Assembly: GCA_963668645.2 (NCBI GenBank)
Contig: CAXXWC010000019.1
Location: 32,001 to 96,000, forward strand
DNA from: Desulfobacterales bacterium
Lineage (GTDB): Bacteria > Desulfobacterota > Desulfobacteria > Desulfobacterales > UBA2174
Length of the DNA: 64,000 bases
Direction: 5' to 3'
A program made the position numbers and the translations under genes. Shown here one piece after another: positions 28,639 to 43,600 of this stretch. The notes under the pieces are model-generated. The model worked only from the letters and a program-made list of their open reading frames with translations. It did not search any database and was not told the DNA's origin. Each line of letters begins with the position of its first letter. Position 1 is the stretch's first letter.

Positions 28639-31600
28639 TTATACCAGGACAAAGTTGTCAGCATCCAGATCACCCGCATCAATACCGACCAGGGTGATGT
28701 AACCGATCACCTCCGAGCCGATGTAAATGGGCACATCATCGACATCGGCGGAATCACTGCCGAAGTAGATGTGGAAGTCACCGTCGCCTGTAAGGGTATT
28801 GGAATCGGAGCCAGCCTCCCATTGCAGGCCAGTGGCGAAGTCACTGAAATCGAGGATATCGCTTGTAGAAACCTCGAAGCCGTAAATCTCGATATCGCCG
28901 TTGTCCGTGCCGTTGAAGACGAAGCTGAAGTCATCGGATGCATAGTAGTCGTCGAGATAGTAAGTTTGGTCACCGCTTCCCACCTCGACCGTGCCGTCAG
29001 CAGAACGGACATGCAGGTAGGCCGTCAGCTCGCCGGAATAGCCGGAAGCATCCAGCGTGCTGCCGGAAATGTCCAGATAGGACCAATCCTCTTCCACCGT
29101 CGCATAGCCGATATTCAGCGTGCTGCCACCGGTGACATAGAGCGTGTGGCCGTTGAGGTCGAAGTCGTCCACGTCGCTGATATTCAGGGTCGCATCCGAG
29201 ACGTGGATGGTAAAATCGTCCACAAGCGTTCCATCGAGCTCATTGATGTTCAACTCTCCGTCTCCGGAGACGTAGAGCTCTTCGGCACCCGGCCCGGCAT
29301 CCGAGCCGACAGCATCACTCAGTCCGAGCCAATCGATGGTGAAGTCGTCGCCGTTGTTGACCGTGACGATGTGCAGGGTTTCCTCGAGGTTGGTCATGTC
29401 AACTTCGTACAGGAAACGATCCCCTGTCCCCTGGTTGGTGATGGTGAAGTTCACGGAATCCGGCACGGAATCCGCATCGGAGCCCAAGGCCATGGAGATG
29501 GTCCCGTTGAAGTAGATGTCGTCGTCGGCCCCCAGCATTCTCAGCTCGGAGGCGTCGGAGACGTTGGCGAACTCGACATTGCCATCCAGCGTGAATCCGC
29601 CGTCCTGAGAGTTGATGTACAGCAGACCGTAAACCGTCTGCTCGATATCTCCGGTGATTTCCAGGCCCAGCGGCGTATCCACGGCGATGCTGAGACCTTC
29701 GCCGGCAGCGTGCCCCAGATCGTCCATCATCATCTTGGTGTTGTCGATATCGGACTCCACGGTCAACTCTGTCATCCGGGTGCCGTTAAAGTCATCCACC
29801 CAGGCCACCGTGCCCTCTGCCACACCGAGCTGCAGGGTAATCGCGATGGCCTGTTGATCCTCAATATCCACGTGGCTGGCCACGTAGGAATCACTGCCGC
29901 TGTTTTCGATGATGTAGGTCCGTTCATCGATCAGATCCGGCAGCCCCCCGTCCAGCATCGCCCGCTCGAAGATGATGTCGATGTTGCCCAGGTCGTCACC
30001 GATTTCGACCACCGGCCCGCCGGGCAGGTTCACCACCTTCAGATCGTAACCGTGGGTGCCGGCGATGGCCAGGGTCTCAAGATCGGCATCGTAGCGGTCC
30101 GCCGAGATGCTGATCCTGCCCAGGGGATCGAGGTCGTCGGTTCCGACAGCCCAGAAGTTGTAGATGACCTTGGTGCCTTCCCCGTTGCTGCTCTCCGAAC
30201 CGGCGTCGGTGATGATCTCGATGGCACGGGAGGCCTGATCCACGTTGGTCAGCACCACCTGCTCGCCGAGACTGGTATCGTCGGCCACGTTGTCGCGCAG
30301 TTGCAGGGTGAAGTAGCCAAGGTCGGTCTCCGGATGCAGGACCACCGGGTAGTAGTCGTCCAGATGGTCGAACGGATCTTCTTCGGTATAGGCATCGGAT
30401 ACATACGCGAAGACGGACTCCGGTGAGTCGCTCCAGCTTGCACCGTCACTGCCGAAGAAGACGGCGCCGTCCGCATCCGCGTAGAGGGTCTTGAAGTCGA
30501 AAGGCGTGCCGTCCTCGAGCTGCTCGCTGGCCAAAGCCGTCTGCAGATCTTCGATGGTGTCGAAGACAAACTCCTTGGGCGCTTCGTTGGGGTCGACGTT
30601 GTCAAAACGGATGTAGATGTCATCGGGAGTTTCATAGTCGCCGGCATCGGAATTGCCCGGGCCGCCGACCACAGTGTCGACCAGGTCCTTGAAAGCCTGT
30701 TCGATGTTCTCCGCCTCGCTGTCCTGTCCTGTGTAGCCTGCATCGCTGAAGTCAAAGACACCGATGGCATCATTGAGGTCGCCCTGGTCATCGACCTGGT
30801 CGGAGTGCCACTGCGCCAGCCCGTCGGAGTAATCGGCAATATCACCCGCCAGATCCGAGAAGGGTTTTTCGCGCTCTTCGAGCCGCACCCAGCCGGCGAT
30901 CTCCTCGTCGATGTGGCTCAGGTCGTACTGCAATGTATTATCCAGGAACCAAGGCTGAATCCCGTCAATCTCTCCATCGCTGTCATACGTATAACTCCCG
31001 TACATGTGGGCATCACTGACCTGGAATCCTCCGCCAAGCTCCGTGACGTTGACGCTTCCCGTCTCGGCGTCGGAAGCAAGGCCGATGGAAGCGCCGAACT
31101 CAGCAAAGTAGTCGTCCACCTGCGCTGCCGTGAGCGTCAGCGTGGAGTCATCCGTCAGCTCGAAGGACATGCCGGGTTCGACCGTGAGTTCAAGGTTGGT
31201 AAAGTCGATGTCCCCGTCGATGATCACCGTACCGTCTCCCAGGAAGTTCAGGGTCGCGGCGTTGGAAAGGTCGACATCGTCGGTAAAGGTCACTTCGCTT
31301 CCGGAAAAATCGGCGTCGCTGAAACCTCCGGGCACACCGTCCGAGCCATACCCGAACTGGAAGGTCCAAATACCGTCTTCGGCCAGTTCGACTTCACCCA
31401 GGGTGAAAAGGACCGAGTAAATTGGACCGTACAGCCACTCGGTGAACATAAAAGCATCGCCGTCAATGGCGTCTATGACCCCCAACTCGGCGTGGCCGTA
31501 CCATGAACTCGCATCCAGAAGCTTGAGGCCGTCGCCGCTGATGCCGACGTTGGCGCCATCATCGCCGAGGTAGATCTCGCCATCTCCTCTAAGATAGAGC

Positions 31601-34600
31601 TGATCGACGCTCCCCAGTTCGATGGCCGGACTGCCTCCGGGGCCCATGTATGTGGCGTCTTCGGAAACCCAGATACCGAAGGCCCCGAACGCCTGGTCAG
31701 TAAGGTCGATATGGCCCACCGTTGCCTGGCTTTCGCCGTAAACTTCCAACCAAGCCCAGGCTTCCATCTCCACGTCTGTAATTGTCAAGCCGTCACTGAC
31801 TGCAAGGGTCCAGGCCCCTGGGACCCCGCCGGGCACCACGTCCAGTATTTCACCGCTGTCCAGGCTGATGAAACGACTCGGCCCGTACACGCTGTACTGA
31901 AAGACGTAGTCCTCGACGCCATCGGCATCGGAAACGCTCAGCCGCGGGCAAAAAACATCGTAGAACAAGTCGAAGCCACCCTCCTCGGTCTCGGTGAAGG
32001 TCACGGTGGAGCCGTCGCTACTTATTTCATACCCGATTCCGAGATCCGGCGCACTGTAAGTGATATCGTCTATATTCAGGTTGTTGTCGTAAACACCGAG
32101 TTGCACCCAGGTCAGACGGTCGCCGGAGAGGCTGGTCAGGTCGATCTCCACGAGCTGATCGAACTCGTCTCTGATCTCTCCGGCATAGATATAAACGCCC
32201 AAGCTCTGGTTGTCCACCAAGTCGGGCGTGCCGGTGGTGTCGACCTGGAAATCACGCCACCGGATCTCCTCGCCGTTGAAGGTGATGGTCTGGTCGCCAA
32301 GGCCGTTGGCCAGCCAGACCCGCGCCTCTTGGCCTAAATCGGTAACCACGAGATCCTGGCCGTTGGTCCCGTCGATGCGCAGATAGTCGATGCCATCATC
32401 ACTGTACCCGGTGCTGTAACCCGAGGCATCGATGGAAATCTCGCTGGTGGCACTGACAAAGTCGAAGGCGACACCGACATCGCCGTGAAAAAGACTTGCC
32501 CCGTCCACGTCCACCGTCACTTCCCGGCCGTCGGCCTGATCCTCGCCGGTGAAAACGATCTCCTGACCGATGCTGTCCCTGAGCAGCTCGATGCCGAAAC
32601 TGCCAAGATCGGTGGCCTCGGGTAGCGTCAGGGTAGCGGAGTAGGCGTCGACAAAGGCTTGGACAAAGTTGAAATCGAAGTTGTCGTAGAGCACCCCGTC
32701 CATGATTCCACCGATCCCGGCGAGATCTGCTTTTGCGATCCCTGCGTCATAATCGTCGAAGAGCGCGGTCTTGAGGGCATCCAGATCCACCGCTTCAGTC
32801 TGCTCTCCGCCTTCGAACTGGTATCCGATAAGGTCGAATTTCTGGAAGAAAAGATCCCCGTAAGCATCGAGCATGGCCTTGAGAACGGCGCCGAAAAGGG
32901 AATTGCTGTAATCTCCCCCGTTGAATGTCGCATCCAAGGCCACAACAAGATCATCAAAGGCCGCTCCCTCGGCCGGGAAGTAGGCCGTACCAGCAACGGT
33001 GCCTTCACCGGTGATATCCGCCTGATCCGGCAACGTGACCACCGCATCGCCGATCATGACGTGCGCAAACAGCGTGCCGGCGTAATCGGCAGCCACCTGC
33101 AGGGTGCCGCCATCGGTCATCGTTACGGCAGTTTCGCGACCCGACCCGAGGATCAGCACACCCTCGCCGGTAACTTCCAATTTGCTGGCGCCGCCGCCGA
33201 GAACAGTCTCGCTGGCGTCTTCAATGACCGTGCCGTCTTTTGCATTGGCATCGATGGTAAAGGTGCTGGTGGTGTCGATATCCACCACCAGGCTGCCGAC
33301 GGTGAGCGCTCCAAACCCTTCGGTCTGCAAGGTGTCGATGTCGTTGGCGTCCAGGGTTCCGATATAGACATTCGAACCGCCGAAGTATTCAGAACCGCTG
33401 ATGTAAGCCGCCATTTCGAGGATTCCGAACTCGTGGCCCCCCTCATTTCCGCCCACCACCCAGGTCAGGCCGGGCTTGGCCTCACCCGTTGCATAGTCGG
33501 CAAAAATCGCCGCCTTGAACTGCTCGAGGGTGGTCACCGTAAAGGTCTTGTCTTCCCACTCGCCTAGACCGATCTCTCCGAAGCCGATGTGAATGGCTTC
33601 GAAAACCGCTTCCCAGACCTCCGGGAACTCGTCCAAAAGCGCCTTCATCGCGCCGCCAAAGGCCATGACATCATAGCTGCCGTCCGCCACATGGGCATCT
33701 TCGACAGCGTCAACCAGTTCCTGGAACCTAACCGCATCGTATCCGGCGGTATCGAGGGTCAACGTGTCGGGCGAAGCGAAGGTCAAGGTACCTTCGTAGT
33801 TGGTATCATCATAGAATACAACCTCCAGGGTCTCCGAGCCGCCCTGAATGGTGATGGTCGAGTCAGTTTCGCCATAGAGGCTGTCGTAGAAGTAGATGGA
33901 CTCGAAACCTTCCGGCAAAATGATGGTCAGATCGGTGTGATCCAGATCCACGTCTGCGCCTGTGTCAAAGGTCAGGGTCAGCAACCCGACGGCGCCACTC
34001 AGATCCAAGACATCCTCGTCGATGGACCCTACGCCGAATTCACCCTCAAACACCAGGTTCTCCACACCGTCAAGACCGGAGAAGTTCATGGCCTTGAAGA
34101 TGCGGTCGCTGTTGTCGGTGATGTACAAAGTGTTGTCAGCCCCGTCGCCCAGAATACTGCGGCCGGGAGCGGCCTCGTCGAAGTAAGTGCCGTCGAGATT
34201 CGCCGTGTAAACGGCGTCGTAGGCGTTAATGTCGCCCGAGTAGAGCAGCAACTGATCCGCGGACATGCCCACACCCTGGCCCTCGTACAGTTGAACCGCG
34301 AAACCGCCGAGGTCGGTGTCCGGATCGAGGTCAAGCCGCTGCCCCAGAACGTCCATGGCCTTGATCTCATCTCCGATATTGTTCAGACCGCTGACGTAAT
34401 CGGCTTCAGGATCGCCCGGGTCTTCGCGCGAGATGAATTCGCTGATACCGGCCTGGGCAACGGCGGTACCACTGCCGACATCGATGCTGGCGAAAAGCGG
34501 TCCGCCCGCGGCCAGCAGTTCTTCAACACTTCCGACCAACTGGCGCACGTTGCTCAGCGGATCCTCGCCGTATACCACCCCGAATGCATCGAGATACTGG

Positions 34601-37600
34601 AAGAAAAGATCCCCGAAGGTGAAAGCATCTCCGTTGTTGACACTCTCGATGGTGTATTCCTTCACGAACAGGTCGTAGAGCGCCTGCCCGAGTTCGTTGA
34701 CATCGTAGTCCCCGCTGTTGAAGGCGTCCTGAACCGCCTGGATCAGCACGTCGAAAAGGACTTCCTCGGTCTGCACGTATGCCGTACCGTCCAACGTGTA
34801 CAGGTCACCGTCCATCGCCGTTGCCACATCGTCGATACCGGTATCGTACTGGGCCGGATCGGCGTCGATCAGCTTTCCGCGTACGGTCAGATGATCGAGC
34901 GGATTCAAGGCACCCGGGTTTGCGGCGGCAAGATCATCGAGCAGACGATCGATAAAGGCACCGATGTCGGTATAGGTCTCATCGTCCACGTACCCGGTGA
35001 GCGTGTCGCCGTCATAGGCGATCCGGTAGACATCGAAGCTGAACGGATCCGGATCGGTATCGATACTGAACTGGATCTCGGAGTACTTCGACAGCAGGGC
35101 ATCGGCGTATTCCCCGAAGAGCGACTCGGCAATGGCGGCCAGGCTTTCCGGCTCTCCGGCTGCCACGGCCTCGTTCCAGCTTTCCACCAGGAAGTCGAAC
35201 CGCGCCGTATGCTCCACGGGCAGGGTCACCGTATCTTCGCCCAGCAGGACGTAGGCTTCCAGGTTGCCGTCGTAGGCGGTATCCACAGCCAGGTTGCCGC
35301 CTTCGGTGAAGTCCAGGGACTGGCTCACCGGCACCCGGTCCGGTCTCGACAAGAGGGTATCCTCTGCACCGGTGCCCAGGGTCAGATCCTGGTCGCCGGA
35401 GATGGTGATGGTCTCGTTTTCCGTCATGGCGAAGCGCGAAGCGTCGGTGATTCTGTTGGCCGCCCCGCCGGTGCTTTCGATGTTAACGTCGATACCCGTG
35501 TCGTTGCCGGTATCGACCCAGGATAGGTTGACGCCGGTTTCGCCGTCGAGCATGAGGTTGAGGGTTTCAACGCCGGAGGCTTCGGACAGATCCAGGGTGC
35601 CTCCCCCGTCGCCGGAGTAGACGCGTACATCACGGATCTCGGCCTGGTTGATCAAGGCCACGTCGGCCCCGTCGACCATGTCGAGTTGAGTCTCGGGTGC
35701 AAGTCTGTAAAGTTCACCGGCAAAATCGTTATTGGCGATATCAAGGACGTCAAGCTGGCCGTCAACGCCGCTTCCAAGCCCGGCATCGAACCCGATTCCA
35801 TAGTCTTCCACGTCGATTTGATCATCACCGTAGAAGTCTCCGGCGAAATCGAAGACCACCCTGCTCTCGCCGTCCCCCGAGGGAGCGATGGCAACATCCC
35901 GGCCATCGGCCTGCAAGGCGGTGGTAAAGGTCACTGTCTGGCCGAGACCGTCCTCACACAACATAATGGCGAAATCGCCCAGGATCGTGTCGGAGGACAG
36001 CACCACGCTATCACTGCCCATGAAGGCAATGCCCAGTTTGAGGGTGTAGATGTACTCCTCTATGAATTTCTCGGAAAAGTCTTCGATGCCAACGTAGCGT
36101 TCCAGGCCTTGTTCCGTCTGGATACCGCCACCGAAGCCCAACAATCCGGCCTTGGCAATCCCCGCAGCGTAATCTTCGAAGAGGGCATCCTTGAGTGCCT
36201 GGATATTGTCCACTTGGACCTCATCCTGACCGTCAAACTGGTAGCCCAGAACATCGAAGACATCGAAGAAAGCATCGCCGTAAGCTTCGATGAGGGCTTT
36301 TGCCGCTGCACCGAATTCGTTAACGTCGTAAGTACCGTCATCGACATAGACACCGTCGATTGCCTCGACCAGATCCCCTAGCTGATCGGCGATCTCGGAC
36401 CCGTCATAAGGCAGAACCACCGTAGCCGCATCGATCGTCACCGCCGCATAGAGCACGCCAGGTTCACCGTGAACGACTTCGAGCGTACCGCCTCCGGTCA
36501 TGTCGAGAGCCGTATCTCTAAGTGCTATTGCGGCTCCGTCGTAATCGGGATCTGGCTGGCCCACAAGCGTAATGGCCGTTTCAAAATCGCCGATAAACAA
36601 GGCCCCTTCACCGGTCACTGTCAACGTTCCGCCATTGGTTTCAAGGCCGCTGGCGTCTCTTATGTAGGTGCTGTAGGGTCCACCGTTTTGGACATCGAAA
36701 AAGCCCGCATTGGCATCGATGGTGAACTGTGTGCCGGCAAGGTCGCCCACAACACTGCCGAATGTAACATCCCTGGCGCCTTGAGTGACCAGGGTAGCAA
36801 GATTTTCGATAAGCAGTGTGCCGATAAAAACAGCCGGAGTCTCGATCGGGCTACGCACGGCACTTTGGCTGTCAATCACCAGGGCCTCGGGCGAAGAGAA
36901 CTGTAAAGTGCCCTGGAAATCCACAACCTGATAAGCGTTTACGGTCAGCGTTTCGCTTTCCATGCCGGCGATGGTCAGAACGGCGTTTTCCCCGGAAACC
37001 AGCGGACCGTAAAGGTTGATCGTCTCAAACCCGGTCGGCAGGGTAATGGTCAGATCGCCGCCACCCAAACCAGAGGCGTCATCGAAGACCCCCAGATCAA
37101 GAAAATCCGTGAAAGTAAGTGTCTGGAGCCCATCGGCCCCGCTCAGGTCCAGATGGTCGGCGAATCCGTCGTAGGGCACCGGGCCGAACGGTACGTCGAA
37201 GACCAGGTGCTCCACGGACGAGAGGTTGTCGAAATCCATCTGGCTGAAGGCGCGTTGGCTCGTGTTGGCGTTGATGGTCAGCGTGTTGTCCCCAACGCCG
37301 ATGCCCATAATGGTCAGACCGACTTCGTCCGCCGCAGCCGTCATCAACTGATCGGCGGTGATGGTCAGGCCGGCGCCGGCCTCTCCGGCCTCATCGGCCA
37401 ACGTACCGTCTTCGGCGACATCGCTGAGCTGAATGAGGATATCGTCGTTGAAGGTCAGGCTGGAGTTGGCGTTGAGTTCCAGCCCCGAGAAATCGACAGT
37501 GCCGTCGATCGCAAGGATGGCAACGTCGATGGTCAGGTTTCCGCTGTTGAAAGCGAGGTAATCCTGTATCCCGTTGAGCTTCATGATGCTGCCGGTGGCA

Positions 37601-40600
37601 TTGCCAAAATCGAAGGTCCAGGCCGCCGGGTCGCCTTCCGTCGGATTCTCCAGGACGCCCGCCGCCAGGGTCAGAGTCGTAAAGCCCGTTCCGCTGGTGA
37701 AGGTGAACTGATCCTGGTAGACGCCGATTTCGCCAAGATTCAGGTTTCCGGTCAGGCCGGAGGCGTCGACTTCTTTAAGACCGGCTGAATCATCATTCTG
37801 GTAAGCGGGCACCGTCGCAGTGCCGGCAATCAGAGTCGGGTTCAGCGTGAATCCATCAAGCGCCTCTGTCAGCAGGTTGCCGAAAGTCATGTCCCCGCTG
37901 CCCTGCAAGGTGAGCGTTACCGCGTTGTCGGACTGGAAGAACGCCGATCCACCGGCACCCAAGAACAGGCCGTCGCCCTCGTGGGTGATGACCACCTCGC
38001 GGATGGAGTCGCCGTCGAAGCCATCCGTGCCGGGATGGTTATCGGTTCTGAGTTCGTCAACCGTGACCGTGCTGGCGTTGAAGGTGTTGATGTTGAGCTC
38101 CAGGATCGACAGCTTGACCGTCGACAGGGTGATCTTATCAACATCCAGATCCTCGTAGGCATTCAGGGTCAGATCCACCAGCTTGCTCTCTCCAGAGTCG
38201 CCGATGGTGCCTTCGATATCTCCGATGGTATTGGTCTGGCCGGCGAGGGAGTTGAGCGTCGCCTTGTCGGCAATGGTCAACACATCAATCTTGAAGGTCT
38301 GCTCGTCTGCCACGTTCACGGTTTGCAGGTTCACCACGGAAGCGTTTCCGGAGTTGAGTTCGGAGATGCTCCCGCCACCGTCCTCGGTATCCGGGCCGCC
38401 GGCGTAAGTGTAGACCGGCACCGCGCCGTCGAGGACCACGTTCAGGGTTTCGAGGTAATCGGCGTCCGCGTAACTGATCGTACCGCCATCCTCACCCGTC
38501 ACCACGGTCAGGTTGCGCTCGATCAGATCTTCGCGGGCCGAGTCGATCAACACCGAGGCGCCCGAGGCCACCACCAAGTCGATGTCGCCCAGGCCATTCA
38601 GTTCGTACTCGGGCGCGCTTGCATCGTTGCGGATCTCCAAGACATCCAGCAGATCGTCGTAGCCGGAAACATCCACCTCCTCGACGCTGTCGCAACCGGT
38701 AGCTTCATCCACACTGCTCTCGAAAATCACCCGCGTACCGTCGCCGCCGTTGACTGCCGCGCCGCCGTCGATATCGCCTATGATTTCGATATCGCGGCCG
38801 TCGGCCTGCTCCAGGGTGGTGAAGACGATCTGCTCGGGCAGGTCGTCGCGCAGTTGCAACGTGAACTCTCCGAGGGTGGTGCCATCCGTGAGAATCAGCG
38901 GATAGGCCAGGTACTCGTTTAGCATGGCGTTGATCATATCCATCGCATCGGCGTAGGCCGGATCTGCCAGGGCCTCGAAGTACTGCCATGAGGGCGGCAG
39001 CAGACCAAGAAGATCATCGATTCCGTCGTAGCCGGTTTCCTCGGTGAACCCGGGGATGGCCAGCAACCGATCACCGAATTCGTTGATCAGGGCCGTCATG
39101 GCGTCAAAGGCGTCCTTGTCGTCACCCGCCGTCACCGCCGCATCGTAGGCATCGCGCATTTCTGCCAGCCGCGCGAGCTGATCATCGAGGCGCACCCATC
39201 CGGCCATGTCCGCATCGATGGTCCCGCCGGCGCTCAGGTCCACCGGGCTTTCATCGAGATCGATGACGTTGATGATCCCGTCGCCGTCGAAGCCGATTTC
39301 AGACGCGTTCAGCTCGGCCATCTGGTCGGCGGTAATAGTGACCACCGCACTGGCATCGAGCCAGATGCGACCATCCCAATCGTTACCACCGTCCACCGTG
39401 ATAGTCAGATCCGCCAAGGTGGTGAAGTCGACCTCGCCGAAAATGGCCAGGTCCGCATCGGCGCCCAGATCGATGGTCAGCGTGCCCTGGCCGAGGATGG
39501 TGTCGCCGGTGATGGCGATCCAACTATCATCGGCTGCATTGGACAGGTCAAAGGTCCAGACGCCGCCGTCCAGCAGCTCCACCCCGCCCAGGCCGACCAG
39601 GGTAAGCCCGTTGCCGCTGGTGAGGGTGAAGCCGGCGCCGTCGATCTGCTCGAGGATGACGCCGAACTCATAGTTCGTGCCACTGGCATCGATGCTGCTC
39701 AGGTTGGCCGCTGCGATGCCGTTGTAGTCGCCGGTCCATTCGCCGTCCCCGTCGACTGCGAAGGAGCCCAGATAGAGGTGCCCTTCGGCTGCCCCTTCTC
39801 CATTGTTGGCCGCACCGGTGAGGCTGATGCTTTCAAGCGCGTCGCCGGTCACCGCCGGGCTGGTTCCGATGATCTCTACATCGCCGGTGCCCAGCTTATC
39901 TATGGTCAGATCGGTGATGCTGCCCATCTCCAAAACTCCGGCGGTCACGTCCACGCTGCCGTCGATACCCAGATAGGCATCCGTGGTGGCCGTCGAACCG
40001 AAGGTGATGGCACCGGTCACGTTCAGAATACCGTCGCCGTCTATGAGCAGCGCGTTGACTTCATCACCGGGATCTTCGGTGCCGGCATCGAGTGCATCTG
40101 TGACGTCAACGGCCTCGACGGTGACGGTCTTGACCGGCTCAGGCGCATAGGCGTTCAAAGCTGCGGTAATGGCATCCCAATTACCGTCGTTCTGGAGCGC
40201 ATCGATGAAGTTGCCTTTGATCCCCGCCAGATAAGCCAGCAACTCGTCGACATCGTCGGCACTATCGAACACCAGGGTCTCACCACCATCGACGATGTTA
40301 AACGGTGTCGTGGCGATGTAATCTCCAGCGAAGTTCTTGATCAACCCGACCACGGCCGCGTAAGCTGCCGCGTCGTCTCCCGCACCGTAAGCCGCCACCA
40401 GTTGGTCATAGTATGCGGCATAGGTCAGGTCGTTGACTTCCAGTTCGGCGGTACCGGTGCCGTCGAAGGTGATGGTGCCGGTTTCCAGATCCGCGCCATA
40501 GGTGTTCAACTCGACTGCCATCAGGTCGAAACCGACCCCGCTGGAGATATCGCCCACCGTGTTGACAGCATCCGGGAATCGCTGGCCATCCTCTCCTGCA

Positions 40601-43600
40601 CTGACCGGCGTCCAATTTTCAGGCACCAGTTCCGGATAATGGATCACGTAGTCTGTGAAGTTGCCCTGGGCGTCCGGCTCCGTACCTTCCATGCCCAACT
40701 TGGCGTTAATGGTTAATTTTTCGAAAATGATCGAGGACGGATTGATCTCGTTCCCCGTTTCCGGATTCACCGCCCCCGAAGCGATCTCGTTGTTCACCTG
40801 AACGGTGCCCAATTCAACTTCGCCGCCCAGATCGATGGTCACGTCCTTGACAAAGGTCATGTCAAAGGTGTCGGTGACAACCACGTCCACCGGCCCGTCG
40901 GGTGAGGTGCCCACGAAGGACACGAATTCGAGAGTCTTGCTGAATCCTTCGGCATCGTCCAGACCCGGGATCCAGCTGCCGGCCGGCATGTCGATGGGGA
41001 ACTCGACGCGTACGATATCGATGGCCAATTGGGCAAAATCGATGTCCGGGTTGTTCTGCACGAGCTGCTCGCTCACCCATAGGCGGGCGATTTCTCCGTC
41101 ATAGCCCGAGCAATCGACCGCGTCGACGCCCTCGCCGACATCGGTGAACAGAAATACGATATTCGCCGTGGCCGCTTCTCCCTCTCCGAATCCAACCGCT
41201 TCAACCACCCTGCCATCCGCTTGCTCAAAGGTCATGAAGCGGATGTTCTGCCCAGCGTTGAACGCTCCGTCGACGTTATTCAGCGTGATGCCGAAATACC
41301 CAAGGGCTGTTGCGGCATCCAATGTAACATCGTTATCGTCGCCGAAGCTGATCATGCCGGCAACATCCTCGGAGATGTTGCTCAGATCGAAAGCACCTGT
41401 TTCGTCTGTAAGGCCGACAATATTGACAACGCCTGTAAAGTCGTCACCTTCGTCGTCGCCATCACCCGCCCCGACGATGTACAGGCTGCTGGCCTGCTCC
41501 GGGGTCAGGATCAGAGTGGCGCCGTCCATGATTACGATGGGATTGGTGGCACTGTTGCCGGTAATGACCAGATCGTCACCAAGAGCGCTCAGATCCACCA
41601 CGCCGGAAATCTGCAAGGTGGCATTGGCGCCCAGATCAATCTGCAGGTCGCCGCCGGTGTAAGTCCCGCCGTTGATGTTCAGGACGCTGCCGGCGGCTGC
41701 ATCCTCGAGGTCAAAGTGCCAGCCGGCATCATCGCCGCCGGCATCCAGTGTTTCTCCATCGATCCCGGCCACGGTGATACCGGTGCCGCTGACAAAACTG
41801 AAGTCGGTCTCGCTGATGTTGTTGATGTCGTTGATGGTCAGACTTCCGATGAAACCGGAAGCATCCACTTCGGCCAGCGCATCGCCGTTCAAGTCATCAA
41901 TCACAAGATCGGCGTCCAGCTCGGCGCCGGTGATGGTGACGTCGGTCAGGCCGTCGTCCGCCTCACTTCCGTCGTTGCTGTCCGACATGTTGACGGTCAG
42001 AATGTTGATGTCGCCGTCAGCCGTAATGTCGAAGCTGTCTCGCACCTCCACCGTGGTGACATTCAACGTCCCCTCACTGGCATGCACTAGGGAAAGGGCA
42101 TCAATATTCGGATCGGCGACAGCGTCGAGGGTCCAGATGTTGACGATGCCGTCAACGCCGGTATGCACCGCAATCTCGGCCCCGATGCTCGCCAGCGGGT
42201 TGTAATCCACATCAGTGAGAGAGTTCGCGATATAGCTGAACTCGATACCCCGGATGGTCAACGTGTTTTCGGCGTTGATCACCACGTCCAGCAGGTTGTT
42301 TTCGGTCGCACCGTATGATGGATCGCCGCCGACGATGTACCAGATTTCGTTTTCATCGGTATCCGCAGGATCGGCCGTGCCCACGGAGTCGATGGTCAGT
42401 GTTCTGAAGAACTGCTGATCGTATTCGGTTGTGTCCACAGGCACGAGAGTGCCGATATCGATGGTGTGCGTAATGGTCGAGTCGCCCAGGAGGAAGACAT
42501 TGAGGTTCTCGAGGTAGCGCTCTCCGGTGACATCGGCGAAGACCAGACCGCCCAGAACCGTCTCGCCGACGTCAACGATGAAGTCACGGTCGTAGCCCAT
42601 CGCACCAGGCAGAGCCCCGCCGGGAAGTTCATCCCAGCTCGTGACCCTCACCGCGATATCACCGATCAGGTTGTAAAGGATCTTTTCGACGTTTTCATCA
42701 TACTGCCAGAACTGGCCGAGAACCAGATTCCTCAGGATCTCCAGCTCGAATTCGCCGCTGAAGTTGGAGCAGTCGATTCCCTCTCTATCCCAGAATTCGC
42801 CATCGCCAATCGGCAGATCTGCATACAGCAGGTCAAGGGAAACCACCGCCGTGTCAGGCCCGTCAATGAAACGCTCATCGGCCTGGTCGTAAGTCAGCAG
42901 CCGGATCTCCTGGTCGTCTGTCAGATGGATGGCGAAGCTTCCCAGATCGGTTTGAGATTCCCAGTAGCCCGTGTTTATTCCATCGCCCAGGTTCCACACG
43001 CCGAAGATGAGTACATCGTCCGGCACATCCAGGTTGGCAATGTAATCCGGGTCGAGCAGATCGGCATCGTAATTGTAGTTCAGCTCGCCCACGTCGTCGG
43101 CCACGTAGAGGTTGGCATGGGCGGCATAAATATGGCTAAGATCGATATCCGCGTTGTCGTTGGCGAAATCGCGCAGGTTGACGGTGATGTCGTAGTTGCC
43201 ATCACCATCGGCAACACCAGTGCCCATGATCTCCGGGCAACCCATGGCTTCATACATATCCGCATCGATTTCGACAGTCACCCCGTCGGGCACATAGATG
43301 GTACCCACCTCAAAATTAATGGTGCCGTCAAAAGTGAACGTGTCTCCGGCTGTCGCATCCAGGGTGATGGACTCTACTTTGAGGCCGGCGATACTGCCCA
43401 GGTCGAGCCCCTGGTGCGCCTCGGTAAAACCGACGATGTTGAGTTCCGCCGTGGGCTCAGGGACACCGTCTTCCGGCAGAACACTCAGGTTGGCGGCTCC
43501 GATGTCCGCGATTTGATCCGCGTCCAGAGTCAGCTCTGAACCGTTTTCAAAAGCGATGGAAGAAACGCCGTCCAGGGTGTATGCGGAGAGATCCACCGCA

